This document shows positions 1 through 10,487 of a stretch of DNA of 64,000 bases, piece after piece. Both the position numbers and the translations under genes were made by a program. This stretch comes from Eledone cirrhosa. Taxonomy: Eukaryota. How positions within the stretch are numbered: the stretch's first letter is position 1; each line of letters opens with the position of its first letter. The stretch lies in contig OZ024743.1 of assembly GCA_964016885.1 (NCBI GenBank), forward strand, positions 245,830,001-245,894,000, given 5' to 3'. The notes under the pieces were generated by a model, which was given only the letters and a program-made list of their open reading frames with translations, made no database searches and was not told where the DNA came from.

Positions 1-1631
1 CACACTGTAAAGTGGCCAAGTAGGAGACACAGTGAAAACACTCCCAGTCCACACTGTAAAGTGGCCATGTAGGAGACACAGTGAAAAGGCTCCCAGTTCA
101 CACCGTAAAGTGGCCATGTATGAGACACAGTGAAAAGATTCCCAGTCCACACTGTAATGTGGCCATGTAGGAGACACAGTGAAAAGGCTCCCAGACCACA
201 CTGTAAAGTGGCCATGTAGGAGACACAGTGAAAAGGCTCCCAGTCCACACTGTAAAGTGGCCATGTATGAGACACAGTGAAAAGGCTCCCAGTCCACACT
301 GTAAAGTGGCCATGTAGGAGACAGTGAAAAGGCTCCCAGTTCACACTGTAAAGTGGCCATGTAGGAGACACAGTGAAAAGATTCCCAGTCCACACTGTAA
401 AGTGGCCATGTAGGAGACAGTGAAAAGGCTCCCAGTTGACACTGAAAGGTGCCCATGTAGGAGACACAGTGAAAAGGCCCCCAGTCCACACTGTAAAGTG
501 GCCATGTAGGAGACACCAGTGAAAAGGCTCCCAGTCCACACTGTAATGTGGCCATGTAGGAGACACAGTGAAAAGGCTCCCAGTCCACACTGTAAAGTGG
601 CCATGTAGGAGACACAGTGAAAAGACTCCCAGTCCACACTGTAAAGTGACCGTGTAAGAGACACAATGAAAAGGCTCCCAGTCCACAATGTAAGGTGGCC
701 ATGTAGGATACACAGTGAAAAGGCTCCCAGTCCACACTGTAATGTGGCCATGTAGGAGACACAGTGAAAAGACTCCCAGTCCACACTGTAAAGTGACCGT
801 GTAAGAGACACAATGAAAAGGCTCCCAGTCCACACTGTAAGGTGGCCATGTTTGGATACACAGGGAAAAGGCTCCCAGTCCACACTGTAAGGTGGCCATG
901 TAGGAGACACAGTGAAAAGGGTCCCAGTCCACACTGTAAAGAGGCCATGTATGAGACACAGTGTAAAGGCTCCCAGTCCACACTGTAAAGTGGCCATGTA
1001 GGAGACACAGTGAAAAGTCTCCCAGTCCACACTGTAAAGTGGCCATGTAGGAGACACAGTGAAAAGACTCCCAGTCCACACTGTAAAGTGGCCATGTAGG
1101 AGACACAGTGAAAAGGCTCCCAGTCCACACTGTAAAGTGGCCAAGTAGGAGACACAGTGAAAAGGCTCCCAGTCCACACTGTAAAGAGGCCATGTAGGAG
1201 ACACAGTGAAAAGGCTCCCAGTCCACACTGTAAAGTGGCCATGTAGGAGACACAGTGAAAAGCCTCCCAGTCCACACTGTATAGAGGCCATGTAGGAGAC
1301 ACAGTGAAAAGGCTCCCAGTCCACACTGTAAAGTGGTCGTGTAGGAGACAGTGAAAAGACTCCCAGTCCACACTGTAAGGTGGCTATGTAGGAGACACAG
1401 TGAAAAGGCTCCCAGTCCACACTGTAAAGTGGCCATGTAGGAGACACAGTGAAAAGACTCCCAGTCCACACTGGAAAGTGACCGTGTAGGAGACACAGTG
1501 AAAAGGCTCCCAGTCCACACTGTAAGGTGGCTATGTAGGAGACACAGTGAAAAGGCTCCCAGCCCACACTGTAAGGTGGCTATGTAGGAGACACAGTGAA
1601 AAGGCTCCCAGCCCACACTGTAAGGTGGCCA
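1..1631 (+). repeat. 49-bp tandem array (~33 copies, continues past left edge), derived from an RTE/SINE 3' module
   Basis: Unit cacactgtaaagtggccatgtaggagacacagtgaaaaggctcccagtc recurs every ~49 bp with point variants; similar to the LINE 3'UTR units at 6780-6890. Confidence 0.95.
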
Positions 1632-1688
1632 GTCTAACCCATGCTAGCGTGGAAGAACGGACGTAAAACGGTGATGATGATGATGATG
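1632..1688 (+). mobile_element. RTE-type 3' tail fused to the end of the tandem array
   Basis: gtctaacccatgctagcgtggaagaacggacgtaaaacgg(tga)n, nearly identical to the tail of the RTE LINE at 41171-41220. Confidence 0.9.
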
Positions 1689-2254
1689 CATTGTGATGAC
1701 CATATTTTCAAATTTTAGAAATACTTTGTAAGTCAACCAACCTCAATAAGAGTGGAAATTCTGGTAAATTGAAATAGCAACTTAGATTATGTACCTAATT
1801 GTAGACATTGAATCATTTCATTCTCATTTTACATCTACTTTCCATGTTGGCATGAGTTGTCTGGATTGTCAAGGCCCACAGCTAGACAGCTCATAGAGAC
1901 TTACATTGCTCATACATTCCTATATTTGGCTTGATTCCTACGAGTGGATACACTTCCTAATGCCAACCACTTTATGGAGTATACGGGTGCATTTTATCAT
2001 AGCACAAGCACTTAACAATTTTTCATATCCTCAACAAGACCAAGTGTCCTCACTACTCTACATTGTTTCCATTTGATTGCCAATGACTTTGCACTATGTC
2101 TGAAACAAAGATGGGATGGTTACAGCTGGAAAGGATTTCATCATATATCTGCTAGATCAAAACTAACATAACAACATAGAAGCTAACTTGTTAGAAAACA
2201 GAAAATATTGTTTTATCAAAAGAGGTAAGGAAAAATAATCAAAACTCCACTTAC

Positions 2255-2322
2255 TGCCCGCAGTGCCATTATTAACAGAGACAAACCATTCTGTCGAACA
2301 AAACATTCTTTGGCTGCAGCAT
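2255..2322 (-). CDS. AGTPBP1: Coding exon 3 of a cytosolic carboxypeptidase 1 (CCP1/Nna1)-like gene: (D)AAAKECFVRQNGLSLLIMALRA
   Basis: Pyrimidine tract plus cag acceptor (tttttctatcttggtcag), GTAAGT donor; phase-1 start joins the previous exon (G+AT=Asp); resembles human CCP1 GSTGMEILLSTLEN from memory. Confidence 0.75.
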
Positions 2323-2789
2323 CTGACCAAGATAGAAAAAAACCCAGAAAATGAAGAATGTAATATTTAAAATGACATACAACAATAAGCAGGTGGTGAA
2401 TTGGTGAAGTTGTTAGAACATCAGATAGAATATTTTGCAGTATCCATTCTGGTCCTCTGTGCTCTGAGTTAAAAAAAATCACTGAGGTCAACTTTGGTTT
2501 TCATCTTTTCAAGGTTGACAAAAAAAATACCAGTCAATTACTGGAGGTGATGCCTCCTCTATATCTCTTTCCTACTTCCTCTCTCTACTTCTCAAGAAGA
2601 AATCAGATGTGTTCAGGCTTAGAGAGAGGATTGGCTCTGCCAGATTTAAAATGCCCTAGACATGCAGTACATCACTACAGCACCCTTATGACTCTATCAG
2701 GAATTACAGGTCCAAACGTACTTATATACAACAATAGGCATTTTAAGGCCACCTTCCTTGCAAAAGAAAGGGTTAGTCTTGTAGACGTT

Positions 2790-3400
2790 ATAACATGCTT
2801 TTTCATTTTGCCCTATCATCTGCATCCCCCTCATCAAACCCTTAGGTTTCATTTCCTCCCCCCATCATCTTTAACTTTTCTTCTGCTTCCTTCCCATTCA
2901 TTTTCCATCACTTCTCTCACCCAGTCACTTTTATCCTTCCTCAACACATGACCCAACCACCTCATCCATTTCTTTTCATAACATTCATTGCTGGCTCTAT
3001 TCCTCTCACCCAGTCACTTTTATCCTTCCTCAACACATGACCCAACCATCTCATCCATTTCTTTTCACAACATTCATTGCTGGCTCTATTCCTCTCACCC
3101 AGTCACTTTTATCCTTCCTCAACACATGACCCAACCATCTCATCCATTACTTTTCATAACATTCATTGCTGGCTCTATTCCTCTCACCCCAGTCACTTTT
3201 ATCCTTCCTCAACACATGACCCAACCATCTCATCCATTTCTTTTCACAACATTCATTGCTGGTTCTATTTCTCTCTCACAGTTACTTTTATCCTTCTCCA
3301 ACACAAGACACAACCATCTCATTCCAATTTTTTCCACATTTATCTCTAGCTCTAATTGTATCATTCTATGCAATTAATGTAAACTGTTCAACCTTCTCAT
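2790..3400 (-). repeat. Degenerate RTE 3' coding fragment containing a ~89-bp tandem repeat (~4 copies, 2912-3322)
   Basis: The unit reads MRWLGHVLRK on the minus strand (RTE C-terminal WxGHV motif); copies start ~89 bp apart. Confidence 0.7.
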
Positions 3401-3682
3401 TATCATATTTCTAGAAAAAAAAAAAAAAAAAAAAACTGCTATGATTTTAGAATAATTTTGAAAATAATCAAGAATTTTGGGAGATTTAACAATATAACTT
3501 TCTCATTAAGCTGTGTGGAACAAACCTTATGAAAGGTTCACATAAAATAATGATGGAAAGTTTTTAGATAAATATAAACACTTTAAAACAAACAGTTTTG
3601 TATTGTAGGACCATGGGTAATTTCGGTATCAAAAGTGTAAAAAAATAAAAGTTTTTAAAAAATATATTCCAAGAAATTTTAC

Positions 3683-3825
3683 CAAATTTGCTTGATGTAA
3701 CTATTAAGTGGATCTTTCCAGTCGTAAACCGTAGCTGCGCTATATCGTCAGATGAATCGCGCTTTGCATGTAGTGGTTTACTGCATATTTTCTCAATTGT
3801 CTGCAAAAGCTGATTGCTCTGAAAT
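3683..3825 (-). CDS. AGTPBP1: Coding exon 2 of the CCP1-like gene: (G)FQSNQLLQTIEKICSKPLHAKRDSSDDIAQLRFTTGKIHLIVTSSKF(D)
   Basis: Acceptor tttctttttctttttag, donor G|gtaaaa; phases match both neighbouring exons. LLQTIEKI and QLRFTTGKIHLIV align with human CCP1 LLAQLEKI and TARYVTSKILHLA (from memory). Confidence 0.78.
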
Positions 3826-4274
3826 CTAAAAAGAAAAAGAAAAATATTTCAAAATCAGACAATATAATAGGTTCAGAGCTGGAGCCTGGGTAATTAGTGT
3901 ACTAGAATAGCTCCTCAATGTGCACCCCACACTACTTCACTCAAATATGTGCCCCCTTCATCCAAATAAAATAATTTCAACTTACAGTTTAGCAAGCTGA
4001 CAAACATAGTTTTTTATATGCCTTGCTCTGACTACACTAAGAAAATTACTAAACTTGAATTTTCCACAAGCACCAGCCATGAAAATTTACATCCAGCTTT
4101 TCTATGGAACATATTTTGAGGCAGTATTCTATAACCAGATGCCTTTCTTGTTGCCAACCCTTATATATTTTTAAGTCTGGCACTTATTCCACTGATCTTC
4201 ACTTGTCAAACTGCTATGCTATGGGAGATAGACAAACAGCATGGTGACAACATGAAACACACATTTATATAATA

Positions 4275-4830
4275 CCATCATCATCATCACCATTTAATGC
4301 CCATTTTCCATGCTAGCATTGTCCCATCGTGAGATAAGTTGTCTCATTGCCAGACAAGTTAGATCAGGTGACCATATCTTGCTCATACAGAACTGTTTAT
4401 AGCTTGGTTTGTATAGCTGGATGCCCTTCCAAATGCCAACCACATTTACAGCATGGATTGGGTGTCTTTTATTGTGGCACCAAAACGACAAAAACGACAG
4501 GTTGGACTGGGTACTTTTCCATCGTGTCACCAGCACAATCCTTTACAACATCGGCTGGGTGCTTTCTGCCATGTCACCAACATGACCATTTTACGGCTTT
4601 GTGCTTTTTGTCAAGTCACCAACATGACCATTTTACAGGGTAGACTGAGTGTTTTTTGTCGAGTCACTAACATGACCATTTTACAGGGTAGACTGGGTGC
4701 TTTTTGTTGCGTCACTACCACAACCCTTTTATAGGGTCAGCTGGGGTTTTTTTTGAAATGTCACCTGCACAACCACCTTACAGAGTTGACTGGGTGCTCT
4801 TTTGTCATATCATCGGTATGAGCACCTTAC
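4275..4830 (-). mobile_element. RTE-tailed SINE/LINE 3' end with ~8 diverged copies of the ~48-bp module
   Basis: (cat)n tail at 4277, ctggatgcccttcc core, gactgggtgctttt-type units about every 48 bp from 4460 to 4825. Confidence 0.8.
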
Positions 4831-4848
4831 ATATATATATATATATAT

Positions 4849-7057
4849 AATTCAAGCATGTTTTGCAACATGAGGACCAGAAACAGGAGGTGTTCAAGAT
4901 TGCGAGGCAGTGTGTCAGAGAGAATTGTCATGTCATTGGAGAGAAGTGTATCCGGAATGATAAAGGTGAGCTTGCCCTCACAAGTGCTGAGAAGAAAGAT
5001 GCATGGAAGAGCCATTATGATAGATTACTAAATGAGGAGAATGCATGGGAAGAAGAGACCCTACCCCAAGTAGACCCTATAGAGGGGCCAGCAGTACAAG
5101 TCAGCAGCAGCATAGTAAGTAAGGCAATCAAAGATATGAAGATGGGGAAGGCAACCAGTCCATCGGGTATAGCTGCCGAGATGCTGAAGGCATCTGGGTC
5201 TGTAGGTCACACTATAACCACACGTATTGTTAACCAGGTAATACTAGAAGGTGTCATACCAAAAGATTGGTGCAGTAGCATCATTGTCAGCTGCTACAAA
5301 GGTAAAGGTGATGCACTAGATAGAGGAAACTATAGAGGTATAAAGCTGATGGACCAGGTCATGAAAGTAACAGAAAGAGTTATAGCACAGTTGATTAGGG
5401 ACCGGGTGAAAATAGATGAGATGCAATTTGGGTTTGTACCAGGAAGAGGCACCACTGATGCCCTCTTCCTTGTGAGGCAGTTACAGGAAAAGTACTTAGC
5501 TAAAAGTAAGCCACTCTACCTGGCATTCGTTGATCTCGAGAAAGCCTTTGACAGAGTTCCACGTGCTGTAATCTGGTGGGCTCTTAGAAAACTAGGAGTA
5601 GATGAATGGCTTGTGAAAGCTGTACAAGCCATGTATAGGGGAGCAGTCAGCAAAGTTAGGATTAGCGATGAGTATAGCGAGGAATTTAGCGTACAGGTTG
5701 GTGTCCACCAGGGCTCTGTTCTTAGCCCTCTCCGGTTCATCATAGTCCTGCAGGAGTTTAAGACCGGATGCCCATGGGAACTCCTGTATGCTGATGACCT
5801 CGCACTTATAGCTGAATCTATGGTAGAACTAGAGAAGAAATTCCAAACTTGGAAGCAGGGACTAGAAAGAAAGGGTCTCAAAGTCAACATGACAAAGACT
5901 AAGGTCCTTGTAAGTAGACGAGAAAACAGAACCCAGATCCCCTCAGGGAAATGGCCTTGCTCAGTATGTAGGAAAGGTGTAGGTAGGAATCCATTCTCTG
6001 CCCCAAATGCAAACAATGGGTACACAAGAGATGTAGCGGGATCTCAGGAAGCTTAATTAAGAATGTAGGCTTCACATGCAGCAGCTGTGCTGGGACAGCA
6101 AGCAGCAAACAGCCACATGAAACAAGTACCACCAATCTCTGGGAGGGCTCTGTAGAAACAGTAGACAGCTTCTGCTACCTAGGTGACCGAATTAGCAGCA
6201 GAGGTGGGTGTTCAGAAAGTACAATAACTAGGGTAAGAACGGGATGGAAGAAGTTCAGGGAACTACTGCCACTGCTAGCTGCAAAAGGCTTCTCCCTCAA
6301 AATGAAAGGCAGACTGTATGATGCGTGTATACAAACAGCAATGTTACATGGTAGTGAGACCTGGGTGCTGAAGGTGGAAGACTTACGTAGATTAGAAAGA
6401 AACGAAGCCTGCATGCTTCGATGGATGTGTAATAGTAATATACGTGAACGACAAAGCATAAATGAATTGAGAGAGAGACTGAGCATAAGAGGAATCAAAT
6501 GCTGTGTGCAGGAGAGGCGGTTGCGTTGGTATGGACATGTGATGCGTATGAAGGATGGCAGCTGCATAAAAAGGTGTAGAGCACTAGAAGTTGATGGAAA
6601 CCGCGGAGTGGGGAGACCCAAGAAGACCTGGGATGAGGTGATAAAAGCCGACCTTACCCAATTACACCTCTCAAAGGCGATGACACACGACCGTGACCTC
6701 TGGCGTCACGCAGTAATACAGAGTACCCGACCTCCCATGGGTACAAGCTGAAGCATGTAGACAATATGCCCCCACACCCTCCCACTGCAAGGTGGTCGTG
6801 GAGGTGCCACGGCAAAAAAGCACCCAGCCCACATTGTAAAGTGGACGTGTAGGCGCCACGGAAAAAGCACCCAGCACTCACTGTAAATGAGGTTGGTGTT
6901 AGGAAGGGCATCCAGCTGTAGAAATCAAGCCAAAATCAGTTCCTGTATGAGCAAGGCATGGTCAGCCGACCAGACACTGCCCACAACAGGACAACCCATC
7001 TAACCCATGCTAGCATGGAAGGACGGACGTAAAACGGTGATGATGATGATGATGATG
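4849..7057 (+). mobile_element. 5'-truncated RTE-clade LINE, family 1 (RT ORF frameshifted), with structured 3'UTR and (GAT)n tail
   Basis: ORF 4863-6056 has RT motifs NYRGI, QFGF, FVDLEKAFD, GVHQGSVLSP and LYADD; Cys-rich region; ORF 6302-6751 has RWYGHV; tail at 7000-7057. Confidence 0.95.
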
Positions 7058-7419
7058 TCAGACGTTTGACAGTTTTCATCTATCAAATTGCACTTACAAG
7101 AAATTTGTCAACTCAAAGCTGTAAGTGTCACACCATGGGAACAAACCCAAATCCAATGGTTGGGAAGTGAACTTCTTAACTATGTAACTATGCTTCTACA
7201 TAATAAATGTCTAAGGGAGATTACATAGGGACATCATTTGCATGAAACACAATTATTATGTTAGTATTAACATACTCTATGTAGTGAGTAAAACAATTTC
7301 AATTAATTAAAATTACTGTTGCAGTGAGAATGGAAAAACAGAGGCTCTACAAATATTGTCAACACAAACACCTGTAGACAGTCATATACAATAACATGAC
7401 AAATGGATGTTGTGAAGTT

Positions 7420-8258
7420 TGTGCTTTTGCATTTGGGTTTGTGCCAGAAAAAGGCACCACTGATGCCCTTTTCCTTGTGAGGCAGTTACAAGAAAAGTAC
7501 CCATGGAGTTCCCATGGGCATCTGGTCTTATTGCCTGCAAAACTATAATGAACAGGAGAGGGCTAAGAACAGAGTCCTGGTGGATACCGACCTGTATACT
7601 AAATTCCTCGCTATACTCATTGCTAATCCTAACTTTGCTGACTACTCCCCTATACATGGCTTGTACAGCTTTCACAAGCCATTCATCTACTCCTAGTTTT
7701 CTAAGAGCCCACCAGATTATAGCACGGGGGACTCTGTTGAAGGCTTTTTCCAGATCAACGAATGCCAGGTAGAGTGGCTTACTTTTAGCTAGGTACTTTT
7801 CCTGTAACTGCCTCACAAGGAAAAGAGCATCAGTGGTGCCTTTTTCTGGCACAAACCCAAATTGCATCTCATCTAGTTTTACCTGGTCCCTAATCAACTG
7901 TGTTATAATTCTTTCCGTTACTTTCATGACCTGGTCCATCAGCTTTATACCTCTATAATTTCCTCTATCTAGTGCATCACCCTTGTAGCAGTTGACGATG
8001 ATGCTGCTGCACCAATCCTTTGGTATGACACCCTCTAGTATTACCTGGTTAACAATACGTGTTTTTATGGTGTGACCTACCGACCCAGATGCCTTCAGCA
8101 TCTCGGCAGCTATACCTGATGGACCGGTCGCCTTCCCCGTCTTCATATCTTTGATTGCCTTACTTACTACACTGTTACTGACTTGTACTGCTGGCTCCTC
8201 TATAGGGTCCACTTGGGGTAGGGTTTCTTTTTCCCATGCATTCTCCTCATTTAGTAAT
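7420..8258 (-). mobile_element. Internal RTE family-1 RT fragment with a short inverted duplication (7430-7501)
   Basis: Minus-strand ORF 7382-8365 matches the 4863-6056 protein; 7430-7501 is a reverse-complement copy of ~7792-7866. Confidence 0.9.
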
Positions 8259-8303
8259 CTATATATATATAAATATATATATATATATAAATATATATAT
8301 ATA

Positions 8304-8342
<39 letters not shown>

Positions 8343-8344
8343 AA

Positions 8345-8680
8345 CATATAATAAAGAAAATGCAAAGTTCGGTGTAGATGTTAAAAAATTCTTTATTAAC
8401 AAAGCTATGATATGTATTTCAATGACGGTTGTGACTACATGATTGTTCAATCACACGACCAGTTATGCGATATCATCTGTCCATTCCCTCGTCTTTAGAT
8501 TGGATTGCTTCGGAAATGTAACCTCATTACATATGCTGTCTGATGACATTGCATGATTGGTTGTGTGATTGAATAATCATGTAACCACGATCGTCATTGA
8601 AATATGTATCACACCTTTGTTAATAAAAGACTTTTTAACATCTACACCGAATTTCACATTTTCTTTATTCTACATATATT
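8345..8680. repeat. Imperfect inverted repeat (~130-bp arms), PLE pseudo-LTR-like, with a degenerate hammerhead at 8535-8615 (+)
   Basis: 8345-8478 is the reverse complement of ~8542-8678. Motif gctgt-CTGATGA-long stem II-GAAA-tatgta-tc; (TA)n lies immediately left. Confidence 0.65.
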
Positions 8681-8769
8681 CCATCAATGACTGACAAATC
8701 ATATTAGGAAGAAAATACATTATTCACTGATTGGTGCATTACATATGCAAACCTTCCATACATTATTCT

Positions 8770-9130
8770 CCCTTCCATACACCTCCATCCTCTTACTCAC
8801 CCTCCCACTCCAGTCCATACCACCCTTGCACTGTAAAGTTATGTTGGTATCACAAAAAGCATCCAGCCTACACTGTAAAGTGGTTGTGTAGGTGTCATAA
8901 TAGAAAGCACCCAGCCCACACTGTAGAGTGGTTGTGTAGGTGTCATTACAATAATCACCCAGCACACACTGTAAATGTAGTTGGTATTAGGAAGGGCATC
9001 CAGCTGTAGAAATCTAGCCAGAAACAGTTCTATAGGAGCAAGACACGGTCACTTGACCAACTTGCCTCAAATGGGACAACCTGTCTCACCCATGCTAGCA
9101 TGGAAAGTGAATGTTAAACAATGATGATGA
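8770..9130 (+). mobile_element. RTE-tailed 3' fragment with 3 module copies
   Basis: cacactgtaaagtgg...gcaccc units, aggaagggcatccagctgtagaaa core, catgctagcatgg...(tga)n tail. Confidence 0.8.
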
Positions 9131-9218
9131 ACCCTGATTAGTCAACATGTTTACCGTAAGTATATATAAATATATATAAAACAGGCTATATTGTTAATAC
9201 ATTGAAAAGATGACTTAC

Positions 9219-9289
9219 CCAGCAGATCGATCCCGTTTACCAACTTGCGTCCCTTTATCTATTAATTTCTTACATCTATTTTCTTCCAT
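9219..9289 (-). CDS. AGTPBP1: First coding exon (exon spans 9219-9333) of the CCP1-like gene: MEENRCKKLIDKGTQVGKRDRSA(G)
   Basis: Acceptor ttctgttgattacag at 9334-9336; in-frame TGA upstream of an ATG in strong context (ATCATGG); donor GG|GTAAGT; phase 2 joins the exon at 3825. Confidence 0.72.
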
Positions 9290-9574
9290 GATTCTCACCT
9301 TGCATCTACCTGTGATTCACACAGCACTTCTTCCTGTAATCAACAGAACAAACATTAACATCAAAGAAAACAAAGGAACTACTACTGCAATATTTATTAT
9401 TAGAACACAGTTGAATATTTACATTATCTATATACTACTAAAACTCTGTGATTGTGTGCTTGTTTGTAATTTAATACAGCCAAAACAGTGCATGATGGGA
9501 AAATACTTTGAAGATAGATATGTAGGTAGGTAGGTAGATAGATATGTAGATAGGTAAGTAGATAGATAGATATG

Positions 9575-10085
9575 TTTCTTTATTAGCCACAGGGGCACAA
9601 AAGAAGGGGACAAATACAAAGGGGGAAGTTTACATACAATAAAAACGTGTAAAATGTTATCACAAATGCAATTTAAAAAGTTAGTCGATTTTCCCCAATA
9701 GAGGGAGACAGTTTATATGGGTAATACATACTCCCGAAAAAAATGTGCAACCCTCATCTCCAGGAGTACGAAGAGTTTGTACTCCTTTCCTCTCCTCCTC
9801 CTTTTCCTCAACCTACAGGCTGATATAGAGAGAAGGCCCATTCACTCGGGCCATTCTTGCCACTTTCACCCACCTTTCATAAAACTTGCTGGGGTACAGC
9901 ACCTCTCTCTCCATCCTGATTCTTCTTCCAAAGTGGTATTTGAAAAAAAGAATCAGTTGTTGGCCAGAGTGAAAGGTGTCTGACCTCAACCCTTTCAACC
10001 TTGTCCACCATACAACCTCTTTCGCCATAGCTATCACACAAAGGAAAACTGCCACTCCTTCGTTTTTGAAGGAGGGTGGCGGTAA
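9575..10085 (-). mobile_element. Tx1/L1-like non-LTR retrotransposon 3' end, copy 1, embedded in (GATA)n
   Basis: Translation AKEVVWWTRLKG...FYERW resembles L1/Tx1 ORF2 C-termini; AATAAAGAAA 3' end runs directly into (TCTA)n. Confidence 0.6.
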
Positions 10086-10129
10086 GTAGATAGATAGATA
10101 GATATGTAGGTAGGTAGATAGATAGATAG

Positions 10130-10487
10130 ATTTCTTTATTTGCCACAAGGGCACAGAAGAAAAGGGGACAAAACAAAGACACATGCCGGGGATTTTACAT
10201 ACAGTCATGTAAAAATATGAAACAAACAATTATAACAATCGAAATCCCCAATAGGGGGGAGGGAAGCGCCACAAATGGGTTGTTTAATACTCCGTCGATA
10301 GAACCCTCAACTTCAGGAGCGTGTTGTGCAAGTGCTCCCTTCTTCCTTTTGCTCTCTTCTTTAACCTACAGGCTTATAAACAGAGAAGCCCCAATCGCTT
10401 CATTCACGCACCTTTCAGTAAATTTACTGGGGTGCAGTGCCTCTTTCTCCACTCTGATTCTCCTTCTAAAGTGATACTTAAAGAAGG
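10130..10487 (-). mobile_element. Tx1/L1-like 3' end, copy 2, embedded in (GATA)n
   Basis: Same terminus (tttctttatt.gccaca.gggcaca) as copy 1; flanked by (gata/gtag)n on both sides. Confidence 0.55.

Noticed and set aside
1-1631. CRISPR-like array; ORFs 98-313 and 341-1567
   Set aside because: Units are contiguous with no unique spacers and the context is eukaryotic. The ORFs are stop-poor translations of a 49-bp repeat cycling through frames.
1-1631. Hammerhead ribozyme in the satellite unit (ctgtaaa…gaaa)
   Set aside because: No CUGANGA core and no stem I/III pairing.
2216-2491. 91-aa ORF as a complete gene; HSPBP1-like identity
   Set aside because: Only 2255-2322 is exonic, and the joined peptide fits CCP1 better than HSPBP1.
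7382-8365. Intact 327-aa RT gene
   Set aside because: Starts in a (TA)n run, lacks YADD and ends in a rearranged junction; it is a LINE fragment.
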